The notes under the pieces: model-generated
Database searches by the model: none
The model's input: only the letters and a program-made list of their open reading frames with translations
Told to the model about the DNA's origin: nothing
Made by a program: the position numbers and the translations under genes
From: Craspedostauros australis
Taxonomy: Eukaryota
Direction: 5' to 3'
DNA length: 40,951 bases
NCBI GenBank assembly: GCA_030167865.1
Contig: JALAGF010004625.1
Coordinates: 1-40,951 of the forward strand
In this document: piece after piece, positions 10,447 through 23,692 of the stretch
Position numbering within the stretch: the stretch's first letter is position 1
Layout: each line of letters begins with the position of its first letter

Positions 10447-13400
10447 ATGGTGCAGGATGGGCCGACGCGGGATGTCCAGGCGTCCGCGGTACCTGCAGAT
10501 GCATCTCTACGTACTTCCAGTACTGGGGCTACGCAGATCGCACAAACGGCGGTCCCATGCGCGATGGTCGTGTCTGGACGTACCAGCAGCACAGCGACGC
10601 AGCCTGCGTCCAGCTCAGGCAGTCAGTCAGGCACGGCGGCGCAAGCGACAGCGCAAGCGACAGAGATGGGAGACGCAAGCAAGCCTCCTGCGCAGATGCC
10701 TCAGAGCGCACCAGTCGCTGCAGCAACAGTGGCTGCGCCAGCAGTGTCCGTGCCATCAGCAACATCAATAGCTGCTGCTGCTGCTCAGCCATTGAAGCCA
10801 AGCAGCGTCGTGACGACAGCACCATCTGATCCCACGCAGCAGATTGCGACAGCGCAGAGGAAACTGGTGCAAGGACAGAGACCAATCGCTGTTGCGGCAA
10901 CTCAGCAAGCCGTCTATCGCCCCATCGCTGCAAAGGTTGCGGCTTCAACTGCTGTGACTGCTGCGAGCGCCATCGCTAGCGCAAACACAAATGCGGCTGT
11001 CAATGCGACTGTCACAGTCAGCAACAATGCAACTGTCAATGGCAGCCACAGCGTCAGCAATGTCAACAATGTCAGCAATGTCAACACTGGAAATGATCGA
11101 ATCACGCTGGATGCGAAACCCAAACAGCCTCTGGTCCTGCAAACACGTTTGCCTCAGCAATCACAGCAGCAGCAGCAGCAGTCACAACAGAAGCAACAAC
11201 AGCAACAGAAGCAGCAACAGCAACAGCAACTACCGCGACTTGCACCTGCACCGTTGCCTCAGAGATATGCAGTGTCGCAACCCTCTGTGAAACCCACCGG
11301 GCAACTCACTGGGCAACCCTCTGTGCAACCCTCTGCGCAACCCACTGGGCAAACTACTGTGCGCGTTACGGACCAGCAACAACCAACGCAACATACTCGT
11401 GCAAATATCGCAACGGCAACCACGACAAATCCGCCAATATTAGCACCGAGAACGACGGTCCCAATCGCAACGATAAATGCTCACAGGCCAACTGTCTACG
11501 CGGCACCGCTATCGACGCCAGTATCGCAACCGTTACGCATTGCGCAGACAGCGATACCAATTGCCAGACCGGCAGCGGCGACGAACTTGCAATCGGTCTT
11601 TACGCCACCCAAACCGCGCATGCAGGCCTCTGTTGTGCCATCCAACCGGGTCGTCAAAGCACCAAAGAGGGCGTACACCAACGCGCTGGGAAAGACGAAG
11701 GGTCAGCAGCAGTCGCCCATTCAGGCAGCATCGACTGCCGTGCAACGGTCACCAGCCGCGGAATCGGAAGAACAAATTGCGGTGCGCAAGATGCAACGCA
11801 TACGGCAGGCCAGAACACCCTTGACGGACAAGTACGGCGCCTACATCATTGAAACAGACACGTCGCTGGCAGATGCGCGCACAAGATTGCGCAGGGCCTT
11901 GCAGCAAACATGGCAGCTAAGATCGGCCTTCACGGAACGTGTCTACGGCAAGTACCGCGTGTGCTTGGTGCCGCCGCCGCCCACCACCAACGTCTTGGCG
12001 CGCGTGCAAACGGATCCCAAGGCGTTGCATGACGAGCTCGTCACCAATCTGCAGGCAATCAAAGAGGAGAAGGAGGTGGAAAAGAAGGAGGCAGACATAT
12101 TGAACGCGGAAATCGCTGCCTTCCCCGTCAATCCCGGTGGCATGGATTTGGCGCCCACCACCATCCTCAATGCCGATAACGGCGAACAGCTCATGTACGT
12201 CGCGGCGGGTCTGTCGTTGGTCATTCTGCCCGAACACGACATGGCGCCCAGCAACATCGATATATCCATGTACCCCGAACGATCGCCCACGCATCATGCG
12301 ACAGGGCTGCGCGCCAAGCGCATCACGCAGGCGGCGGCGACGTCGGGCGAAGTCATGTTGGATCGCACAAGGAAAGCCGCGGCGTTAAGGGCCGAACGTC
12401 AGAAACGTCTCGTTGCTTACAAACAGCAGCAGGCAGTCAAGCCGGAGGATCAGGAGTACTCGCGGTTGGATGTCGTCAGGAGGGCCAATGCCATCGTGCC
12501 CGTCATTCCCAAGCCTCCGCCACCACCCCCACCACCGCCGCCGCCACCTCAAGCGATCAAGACGGTGGTCGTAAAGGCCGAGCCGAAACCAAAGGCGGCC
12601 ACGAAAAAGCAATCGTCCGGCACGTCATCGCGACGATCGTCGGGTGGTCCGCGCTCGATTCTATCGGTGTCGTCCACGAGTTCCGGCAACTCGTCGCATG
12701 CTTCCGCCAAGATGATCCGGGCCAGATTGCAAGGCAAGATGCCCGCCGAAACTCTCCTATCGCTGAGCCACCAATCGGAAGAGCTGCGGTCCGACGGCAA
12801 ATTCTGCGCAGCATCGCAACACCTCAAATTGAGAGGACAGATCGGCATGTCCCTCACGAAAGCGCAGATGAGCGCCCGATACCGCCATCCCTATCCGGAT
12901 TCGGTCGGTGGCAAAAAGCGCATCACAAATCCTGCCAACTTCCGCAAGGAAATGTCGCAGATCCCAGCACGCGACGAACCCGGCGCCGCGATGCATCCCT
13001 ATTACATGGGGCTGCCGCTCGTGGCGACGGCCAAAGCGAGGCGTGAACATAAACCTCACAAGGCCGTCGAGGTCGGCACGAAGCGTGCCTTGAATGCCAT
13101 ATCGACCGTCCTTGATCAGTTCCTTCTGCCGGCAGGCGCCAACCGCGACGGCAACGTCGCACGCAAGAAACGACGCATGGCAGAGGTCAGCGTCATGTAC
13201 GGGTTGACCAAATTCGAGGATGTCGCGGCGACGAATACGGCGCAGTCCGACGGGGAATCTATCGACAGCATGCTGGCATTGTGCGTCATGCAGTCGGTGG
13301 GTCTCATTCCGCCAACGCTGAATCATGACACGCAGCATCGATCGGATGCGCAGTACAAGAACAAGATTGTGCCGGCCTTGTTCTGTCCGTCCGAAGCGGA

Positions 13401-16400
13401 TGCCATGGAAGAGGAGGAGCCGGATGCAGCCACGTTCGCCGATGTCAACTTTGGCATCGACCGGCAAGGCATCGATACGGATGTGTCGCCGAAGCTGTCG
13501 GAACTGTGGCATCGGCTGTCCGATAAGGAGGTCAAGTTCACCGATCCGTTCGTGGGTGTGCGACCTGGCTCCCCGGCAGCGGAGAGAGCTCCAATTCCAA
13601 TTCAGAGCATCCGCGGTGGTGGAGAGGCTCTGCCTGAAGCCACTGACAAGAGCCGCCTTCAGAACGGCACAGCCAAGCATCCTGCGCCAGGCAACACTGT
13701 TCCAGTCACGTCTTCTCCACAAGACGACAAGAAGCAGCCCCGCATCAACACGACGAGTAATCCTTCGACCGCTGACAAGAAAGAGAATGAAAGTGGAAAC
13801 GAGACGGCGAAATCTGGAGATAACCAGAGCACGGCCATCAAAGCAAACGGTACGCCGCAACAAGCACTGACGACATCCACACCGGCAAGTCAAACGCCTG
13901 CAACTTCCGTGCCAACCCAACAGCAGCAGCAGCAACAACAACAACAGCGATCACCGGCCAAAGCACAACCATCGACCCAGGTTACGCCGGCGCCTACCCC
14001 CATCGCATCAACAGTAACAGCGACTGCCGTGACGGTGAAGACCACCACAGCCGCTTCACCAACCAAGGCCAAACAGTCGCCCAAGACTAACCAACCTCCA
14101 AACACGCCAGAGCAACGTCGAATGTGGGAAGGACAGCAGCAGCAGCAGCAACAACAACAACAGGCCAATCACAAAGGTGCAACGATGGGCCAACGGTCGT
14201 CCCCACACGATGTCCCGTATCTAATGTCTGCTGCTGCACACGGAGGACAAGTCATGCCGCACATGAATATGTCTGCTCCAGTCGGTCACATGCCTGGCCA
14301 AGGTCCAGTGCTCGGTGACGCAGGGCACTTCCGCCATGCCCCAGGATCAAACGTCCTCCATCAACTCTCGCATCATCTTCGTCATCCCCCAAATGGCATG
14401 CCAAGGATGGGTCCACACGGCCATCCGGTGGCAGGCGACATGGCAGATTACATGGGAAATCTGCGCCGCTCCCAGCAGCAGCAAAGCGGGTATGATTGGC
14501 AGACGCTGAACGCATCGGCCGCTGCTGCGGCGGCGGCAGCAAACGGTCCTATGGCAGCGATGGGAATGTCTCCGGGACGTGCAGCTATGGCGAATTACGC
14601 AGCGGCACAAGACAGAGCCGCGCGGATGATGATGGCCAGCGGACGATCCAACGCGGCAGCAGTAGCGGCCGTCGCCGCCCATCGACACGCCATGGCAGGA
14701 TCTCCTCCACAGGGGTACATGGGACCAGCCGGTCCTCATCCATACATGCCCGCGCCTGGTGCGTCCCACTACGCGCACATGATGGGACCCTACTCCTCGA
14801 TGGCGCAGATGCATGCCATGAACGGAATGAATCGTCCCAAGCACGACGAGAAGCAGGGCGTGCGCAAAGACACCAACAATGCCCGAGCTCAAGGAAAAGC
14901 TTCGGACAAGGCTTCAATCATCCCTTCTGCTTCTGCTACCACTGCCACCTCTGCTGCTGCTCCTGCACCAACAGCTCTCGCAACCGGAGCCAATTCTCAT
15001 AATGGGACCCAAAAGCGCAAGGCTTCCGATGGTGTCGATGCAAAGTTGCCGAAACGTGTTGCGATGGAATCGAAGACGCAAACACCGCGAATCGATCAGC
15101 GGAATAGGACTGTGAATGTGCCCATTGCGATTGCTCCTGCTCCATCATCGAGCTCACCCCGTGTCGAACAGTCACGAACCACGGCGCCTTCTGGTTCAGC
15201 GATGAATGTATCGGGAACGCAGCCGCGTACAGCTGCAGTGTCAGTTCGTTCTGCGATCTCGAAAACGCCCAATACAACGGCAGCGACGAAAGCGACAGCC
15301 CCCGCGCATAAGTCTACATCTGCTGCCACTGCTGGTGTTGCGTCCAGAGCTGTTCGACCCCCTGCGACTGCTGTGGCCACAGCGCACTCCGCGAAGGCGC
15401 AGACATCGGCAGTGCCTGTGGTGGCACCTGTCGCGAATCCCAACCCGCAAGCAAAAGTTGCGCCGCGTGCCTCATTGAACGGAACGCCGTCAACAGCATC
15501 GACGGCAGTTGCTGCGTCTGGTTCCAAGGTCACCAGCAGCCACACGGCAACTTCTTTCCCTAGGACTTCTGTTGCAAGTGTCGCTCAACCAAGACCAGCG
15601 CCAGCCGTTGCGAAGGTGATGTCACCGAAGCATGCAGGTCTGCAGCGTCCCGTGACAACGGCTTCGAATGCGACGAAAGCTGTTGGCGTCTCGTCACCCT
15701 CCGTGGTAATGATCTCGAGATCTCCATCTGTAGCATCGAAGCCAATCGTAGCCCAACATATCACGCCACAACAGCAACAACACCCGGCTGCAGTAGCGAG
15801 GGCCGTTGCCGCGAAGGCTGCGGGAAAGCCCATGGAAACGGAACCTGTGTCACCCGCGCCTGTGCTGTCATCGGCGACCAAACCAATGCCAAAGGCTCAC
15901 GCGCGACGTCAGAACGCACAGCGCATGCTTGCCGCTGCGTCGAAGTCCAAAGGCGACCTGAAGCTTGTGATCCCTCCGGTACCCAAAGACATCGCAATGC
16001 ATCGCGTGGATTTGTTGATCTCTGCCAGAATCCATGACGTGCTGAAGGTAGACTCTGGTGCCAAAGTCACAGCGAACGCCGTGTCCTTGGTCAAATACCT
16101 GATCGCTCTTGCTGCAGTCGTGCCAATTCCCAAAACTCTGATCGCGAATCTCCTGAAGGAGCGTCTTCAGAGTCCTGATGCAAAGAAGGCCTTGTCGGGC
16201 GGCACAGCACCGATGCCGCGCGAGGTCATGATTGCATGCGTCTTGGTGTGGCTTTGGCATCATCACGAGGATGCATTCCAAACCGCCTTCGCCAGGAATG
16301 GACGCATTGACGTCGATGCGCGATGCAAATGGCTCATGCGCGCGGCAGTGTCTTCTGCAGTGGACTCGCTGGTGAAGGAACGCAGCGCCAAGAACGGGAA

Positions 16401-18512
16401 GAGCTCCTTGGCAACTCTGCTTGGCTCCAGTTCTGGAAAAGGATCGGCCAGTGCCAAGAATCTCGACCCGGCTGCCCTAACATCCAAGCTGGAACTCTTG
16501 GTGGCAAGCACGGTGTCGCGGGCCTTGCATCTTGGACTGTGCATCGATGGAGTTGTCGTAAGTCAAGACGTGGACGTGGGTGTGTTTGTGTTTGCATTCG
16601 TGTGTTGTGGACGCAGCTGTGCATGTGGATGCGGGTGAATGTGCATGTGCATGCATGTGGCCGGTGTTGTGCAAGTGATCGCCAGCATGGCACTTTCAGT
16701 GCTCGCGGAAGCGATGGCGACCTCGCCGACGATCCAACGCCACCATCACGCCGTTGGTGTGTGAGGTTCTTGCGATGGAAAATGGATTGATTGAGCACGG
16801 AACAAGAGGGGCATTGTTGGTTGTTGATTGTTGATTGCCATCCATCCGTCTTGCGCGCTTCGCCTGTCGGTGCCCACGGGAAGCAATGCATATCCTCAAA
16901 GTGTGCACCTGCGTTCCCAGATGCGACATCGTCTGTCAACCCACAGGTATGCGGTATGATGGGCGGTGTTGACGATGGGTCACAGCGTTGCATCTTGGGT
17001 GGCGCGCCAGCCGGTTGAACTGCGCACGGTGCTTCTTATATGTTTCTCATCGTGATCTTGACGTATCGATGACATCAAAGCTTGTCGGCGCTCACCACTT
17101 TTCCATCCGTTCGTCCGCCCCTTCTCTTTCTTTCTCTGTCTCTCCTTGATTCTTCCCCAATACACGCGTTGTGATGCCCAACTGTTGACCCAACCCAACA
17201 GGATTCGATGATCCCAGATTATCACATCCTGCTGGAGTTCCTTGACGAATTCCGCGCACGGGCTCTGCAGAGCAAGTCGCAGGAACGCACGCTGCTTGCA
17301 AATGTCGTAGCTCGTCACACACAGATGTCCCTGTCATTCTCCCACGCTTACGTCAGCTCGTCGATTCGCGCCGGCGAGGCGTTGGACCATGGCGACTTGT
17401 TTGAGGCTGTGCAGAACGAATCGGTGGCAGTGTCATCGTTGATGCCGTACGATGTGTTCACGGACGAGCTTGGAATCTGGGAGGATCCTTGTCGTCTCAC
17501 TGCTGGTTTCACGCCCAACCTCACCGGCGACGATCTCCTGCGCCGTGCGCATGCCAGGGGCATCCTGGAGAAATCGCTGAAGTCCGTGCAGGACAAGTAC
17601 GGGCTGAAAGGCGGTACGTCATCGTTCGGTCCTTACGTGGAGCCGTCCTCCACCGCGTCCGGCGCTGCTGCGGGAAGCCAGGCCCATGGAGGTAGCTCTG
17701 GCGGCCAGGGCGGGGGCGGCCGGCATGGCTCATCTTCTGGGTCATCGTCAAGGGGGTCGTCGAGGCGCCGAAGTTCGGTTTCCGAACCGCCGTGCCCACC
17801 AGGCACAGGCTTCGCACCGGTCAAGAGCGAGGACCTGTACACGTCGAAGCAGTACTGTGCGCCTTTGGAGTTCTCGACGGACGAAGTGGACAACATGCCG
17901 TATGGGAGGCACCAGAGCGACACCCGGCCCAGGTCCCTCTCTGTATCGAAGGCTTCTCATGGTAGAAGTTCGAGAAGTTCCCGATCGGCGTCATCCTCCT
18001 CGTCCGCAGGCGCATCAGCAGCCGATGAGGGCAAATCCGGCGAAAGCAACGCCGGTTTCGATCGATCGAAGGGGATGCCGCGCAGCACGCGCGAAATCAG
18101 CTGGCTGGAGGTGGCCGGCGTGTTCCAGGACGTTGCCCTGCCGAAGGCCTTGCAGAAGGAGAAGGAACGCAGCGCTGCCGTCGCAGCAGCCCGCAAGCAC
18201 GGCGCCAATATCTTCGCTCCGTACGTCCGACGCATCGCCAAGGACGAGATCCCTGGCGAATCCACCGCCGATGCTGACATCGACTCGGATGACGAAGACC
18301 TGACGGAGGCGGCGGTCCTGGGACGTCACCAGGTCGTCCTCGACGGCATGAAGGAGAAGATGGCTGCCGTCGCCGAATCCAAGAAGAAGCAGCAGCAGCA
18401 ACAGCAGACCCACGCCGACCGAAGCGGCAAGGCCGCCACCGGGAGCAAGAGCAAGAATAAAAACAAGAGCAAAAGCGGCGGCGCGAGCAGTAGCAAGCGT
18501 AAGAAGAAGTAG
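10447..18512 (+). CDS. Large (~2473 aa) low-complexity, probably nuclear protein of unknown function; exons 10447-16557 and 17202-18512
   Basis: The 2063-aa ORF ends in intron-like sequence after gtc|gtaagt (16558). Acceptor caacag|gat (17201) joins in phase 0 to the 434-aa ORF. Poly-Q, poly-P and Ala/Thr/Ser-rich tracts; basic C-terminus SSKRKKK. No family recognised. Confidence 0.78.
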
Positions 18513-19980
18513 AGTACTTGCAGAGTACAGTTCGGTCAAATAGAGTCGAGCAGGAACCATCCAATGCGATGCGAAGGTGTCCGCGCCGACTGCGGTTTCT
18601 GTTTTGGCGCCAACTTTGTGAGCACGGAATGTTCTTGGAAGTTGCATCGTCGATTTAACGCAACACTAACGTTCCCATGATTTCAATTAGGGGAGGTTTC
18701 CATTGCGTCATAAGTGTAGGCGTCACGCAACCGCAACGTTTGGTGGATGCGACACACATTCACGTTCTGCAAGTAACGTGATACATGGCGTACTTACTGG
18801 ATTGCTCCATTCGTGTCCTTCAATCGGCATTCAGCTTCTTCGACTGCGGCAGGTATTATCGCAGCCTTTCTGTTGGTGTCGACGTTGCTGTTCTTGTTGT
18901 GTGACAACAGCAATTTTGGTTTCGTTTCTGTCCGCGCTTTGCGTTGTTGTGTTGTATGGTGTTTGGAGTGAATTCGATTGAGTGCATCGTAGGTAAGACG
19001 GTTGCGGCGTTGCGATTGCTCCAATTGGTGCTGCTATGCTGCGTTGCGTCGATGCTGTGGTTGCGGCAAGCCTTCATCTTGCGTTTGGAAAAGGGTCGCA
19101 AAGCATAACATCCGAACGAGCACGGAACGAAATTAGGGTGCTCTGCTCTGCACACTTTCCACGCACTGTCACGTACCACGAGATTCACGTTGTGCCGTTG
19201 TTCATATCGTTGCAACGCGGTTTGCATGGCCCATTCCTGTTTGCCTGGAGTAGCGCTCACTTGTGCATTGCATTGTATTGCATCGGATATGGACAAGTGG
19301 GGGTGTCACATTGTGTTTGTATTGCTTCGTCTGGTGTTGTGTTGCATGGGTGGTGGTTGTGTTTGTGTTGGTTTCCTCTTTTGTGTTGTCTCGGTTGGTG
19401 TTTCTTGGTTCTGTTGTTTTTGTGTGTGGAAGGCGTTGGTGGCAACACTGGTCCGCCTGGTCGGGGCGCCACTGGACTCGTGATTGATTGCCAGTCCTTC
19501 TTGAGAATTCTATTCGAAGGGATCCGTTGGGAGTTCAAAATTTGTGGTCATTTGTTGCGTGTTGGCTCGTGGAAGAAAAGGTTGTGCAAAATCTGGGCGG
19601 AAAGAAGGCGAAGCAAGAAGAGGATCCGTCGTGTGTTTGGCGGCATTGGATGCGCCATGAATGGCATTCATTTGGTCTCTGGAGCCTTGCAGATCATTTG
19701 ACAATCCATCTGGCAATCCAACCATTCGACAAATCATTGGATCAACTATCATATAATACGACTACCATAGAATACTCCATTTTACAATTATAATTGTGGA
19801 GTATCAGACAGGTCCATCTGACAACCATTTCACAGAGACAGAAGGAAGGAGGGAGAGGGAGCCACCAAGACTCACACAGACCAACCAAGATCCACCTATA
19901 CTACTACTCGTGCAGACACATTGCCGCACATTGAATTGAATTGAATTGACTTGAATTTTCCGCAGAAGAGCAACAGCAAG

Positions 19981-22900
19981 ATGGCGACCGGCGGCATCAA
20001 CCTGTCGAAGGACTTCTTCGAGCTGCTGAAGGCCATCGGAGAGTCCAAGTCCAAGCAGGAGGAGGACCGCATCGTGCTGAAGGAGATCGCGACGCTGAAG
20101 CAGAAGATGGACGCGCCGCCACCGTCCACCTCCGGCGGCGCCGTGACGAACGCCCTGCTGGGCGCCAAGAAGCGCGCCAAGGAGTTTCTCGTGCGCCTGC
20201 TGTACGTGGAGATGCTGGGCCACGACGCCTCCTTCGGCTACATCAAGGCCGTGGAGATGGCGGCCTCGTCCAGCCTCTACCACAAGCGCACGGGCTACCT
20301 GGTCTGCGGGGCCTGCCTGGCGCCGGACCACGCCTTCCGCTTCATGCTCGTCAACCAGATGCAGCGCGACCTGCAGTCCTCCAACGTGCTGGAGATCGCC
20401 GGCAGTCTGCTGGCCGCCACGCGCCTCATCACCAGCGACATGGTGCCCGCCATGGCCACGGAGGTCTCCAAGCTGCTGGCCCACGACAGCGAGACCGTGC
20501 GCAAGAAGGCCATCATCTGCTTGCACCGCTTCCACGAGCTCGACGACGGCACCGTCACGCGCGACGAGCTCCTCGAGAAGGTGCGCAAGGTCCTCTGCGA
20601 CCGCGACCCCGCCGTCATGGGATCCTGCCTCAACGTCATCGAGTCCATGGCCGTGGCCGACGTCACGCCCTTCAAGGACCTCATCCCCTCCCTCGTCAGC
20701 ATCCTCAAGCAGATCTGCGAGCACCGCCTGCCCTCGGAGTTCGACTACCACCGGGTCCCGGCGCCCTGGATGCAGGTCAAGCTCGTGCGCATCCTATCCA
20801 TGCTCGGCCAGGCCGATGCCACCGCCAGCTCAGGCATGTACGAGATCCTCAACGATACCATGAAGAAGGCAGACATCGGCATCAACGCGGGATACGCCAT
20901 CGTCTACGAATGCATCAAGTGCATCACCAAGATCTATCCCAATCCAAAGCTCTTGGACACGGCGGCCGATTCCATCTCCATGTTCATCCAGTCCAGGTCG
21001 CACAACCTCAAGTACCTCGGCGTCACGGGTTTGGCCATGATCGTGGAGAGCCATCCGCAGTACGCCGCGCAGCATCAGATGCTCGTCATGGATTGTTTGG
21101 AGGATCCTGATGAGACGTGAGTTCTTTTTTGTCATTGTTTGGAATTGTGATTGTGATGGTTGCATGGATGTGACTGTGATGGTTGCATGGATGTGACTGT
21201 GATGGTTGCATGGATGTGACTGTGTTTGTGATGTGATGCAGATGGTGGATAGATCAGCCTTGCACTGTGACTCACACTTGCAATTGGAAATGCAATTACT
21301 CCAAATCCACCCATTCGCTCATTCATTCAACGCATTCATTCATCTAACTCACTTCACACGTGAATCCACTCCACACATGCACGCACGTACACGTACACGT
21401 ACACACACAGCCTGCAACGCAAGACGCTGGATCTGCTGTACCGCATGACCAACCCAGTCAACGTGGAGTTCATCACGGAGAAGCTACTCGACTTCATGAA
21501 GGACACGACAGATCCCTTCCTCAAGCAGCAGCTCACCACGCGCGTGTGCTCCGTCGCGGAGCGGTACGCACCCAACAACGCATGGTACATCCGCACCATC
21601 ACGCAGCTCTTTGAGATTTCGGGAGACATGGTCAAGACGGATGTCGCGCAGAACCTCATGAGCCTCATCGCGGAGGGTGCAGGGGAATCCGAGGAGGCGG
21701 ACATGCTCCTGCGGCAGAATGCCGTCGAGCTGTACGTGCAGCTGCTGCAGGGAGGCAAGCCGCCGGCAAAGTTCCCAAAGATCCTGCTGGAGACTTTGGC
21801 ATGGTGCCTCGGAGAGTACGCCTACCTCTCGGCCGTTTGCACCTTGGAGGAGGTTCTCAGCAAGCTATGCACCTTGGCGCAAGAACAGAAGGCGAGGTTG
21901 CCGGCCAGCACGCGCAAGTTCTTGACCAGCGCCATCTGCAAGCTAGTTGCGCAGGCTGGGACGTGTCCGGCGCAGGCGGCGACGGTGATTCAGGAGTACA
22001 CGCGTTCCAAGGATCCAGATCTGCAGCAGCGCTGCTTGGAATTCCAGGGTCTGCTCACCACGGCGCCGCACCTGCTCGGACAGATCTTCCCCGTCGATGC
22101 CTCCGCGGAGGATGTCGAAGTCGATGTCAACCTCAGCTTCCTCGACGGGTTCTGTCAGGATGCCCTTGCCACGGGAGCCAAGGCGTACAACAAGCCCGAG
22201 GATGACGACGATGATGACGAGGATGGGTACGGCGACGGTTCCTCCAGCCAACCGGCATTCAAGATGACGCCGTACGAAAAGCCGCAAACACCAGGCCACG
22301 TCAACTCGTACGCCATGCGCGGCGTCAGCTCGGCTGGACAGACCTACACCACCGCCAACGGCGTCACGCCACCGCCAGGCAGCAATGCCGGAACCACGAT
22401 GCAACAGCCCGTGCAAGTTAATGCCGCCGTGGGCGCAAACAACGCCCTCAGCCTCAACACGCGCGGCGTTGCCAACGTTTGGGGCAAGGGAGGATTGTCC
22501 GCCAGCGCGCCCGCGCCACCGCCCGCTCCTGCCCCGGCACCAGCAGCACCAACCGCGGCGCCTGGAGGTCAGAATGCCTTTGCCACGCATATGCAGGCGG
22601 CTTCTGGCTCGCAATACGGTGGCTACGGTGCCAGCGCCGCTCCGCCACCTGCGCCAGTACCAGTAGAAAAGACGAAGGAGCAGCTCGAGAAGGAACGCAT
22701 GGCCGCGGCACTGTTCGGTGGCATGGTCCCAGGACAGGCGCCGCCGCCACCATCGCAAGCATCTGCGCCCGTCGCTCCGCCGCCACCGAAACCGGCACCC
22801 GTCCAGGCACCACCTCCGGCGGCAGCACCACCGGTCCAGGCACCGCCCGTCCAAGCACCACCTGTCGAGGTGGATCTGCTCGATCTTGGCGGCTTCGACA

Positions 22901-23502
22901 GCACGCCGGCTCCTGTCCCCGCTGCAGCCCCAGGCGTGGACATCTTCGCGGCAGCACCGATGCCTGCGCCGGAACCAGCAGCGCCACCGCCCGTCGTCGA
23001 GACCGTGAGCGATGACGAAGTAGCGCCGCCAGCAGCCCCTGTACCGGCAGCAGCAGCGGCAATGGCCGATCCATTCGCAGCTGAAGGTCTGCTGGGAGAT
23101 TTGACCGACGCCCCGCTGGCCACCTTGAGCACCGAAACATCGCAGAAGTTCGAATACGGCGGTTCGCAAATGGCCCCGCTGCAAATCACGACACCGGAAT
23201 TCGGACAGAACTGGGGAACGTGCCCCGCCGTGTCTCCGGCATCGTTGCAATCGGGCAAGATCGTCTCGCTGGATCAGTTCATGGAGGCGGCCGCGCAGAT
23301 CGGCCTGCACCCCATCGAGGCCATCGCCGCCACGAACGAAGGCATCTGCGCCGGCGTGGTGAACGGGGCCATCCTCGTCCTCGTTCACGGCAAGGTGTCG
23401 CCCTTGGGCAACGGGCAATCCAGGCTGGACGTCACGGTGAAGAGCTCCGATGCCGCCCTGCCAGGCACCCTCGCTCTGTACATACAGACCATGATGAAGT
23501 AG
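19981..23502 (+). CDS. AP4E1: AP-4 adaptor complex subunit epsilon, ~1075 aa; exons 19981-21116 and 21411-23502
   Basis: LSKDFFELLKAIGESKSKQEEDRIV, YVEMLGHDASFGYIKAV, EFDYHRVPAPWMQVKL, NLKYLGVTGL, CLEDPDET|LQRKTLDLL across the intron (ac|gtgagt...acacag|c), ERYAPNNAWYI, DLQQRCLEF, then a Pro-rich linker and C-terminal ear-like domain. Confidence 0.95.
21152..21220 (+). repeat. Three perfect tandem copies of a 23-bp unit (tgtgatggttgcatggatgtgac) in the AP4E intron
   Basis: Read directly: 21152-21174, 21175-21197, 21198-21220. Confidence 0.92.
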
Positions 23503-23692
23503 AACAGCAGTAGAGTTTTCTACTCGAGCTATTAGTTGCACTAGTGAATTGGATGTTTGCATCCATTGTATTATTACTCTTGTGTTGTGTGGAGTATTGA
23601 AGTTGCTGGCTGCTTGTGCTGGCTGCTTGTGCTGGATGTCTCTGCTCGTGGTCACAATCGCATACTATTCCAGAGCACACTGCTCTGCTCTC

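Noticed and set aside
18690-18800. U1 snRNA-like words (tacttactgg, ccattgc)
   Set aside because: The 5' motif does not match ACUUACCUG, the elements are in the wrong order, and no Sm site or cloverleaf is evident.
21152-21220. 23-bp repeats considered as a CRISPR-like array
   Set aside because: Head-to-tail copies with no spacers, inside a eukaryotic intron: a minisatellite.
21943-23655. 570-aa minus-strand ORF, and 19804-20751 (315 aa), antisense to AP4E
   Set aside because: Arg/Gly-rich antisense translation of a codon-biased gene.
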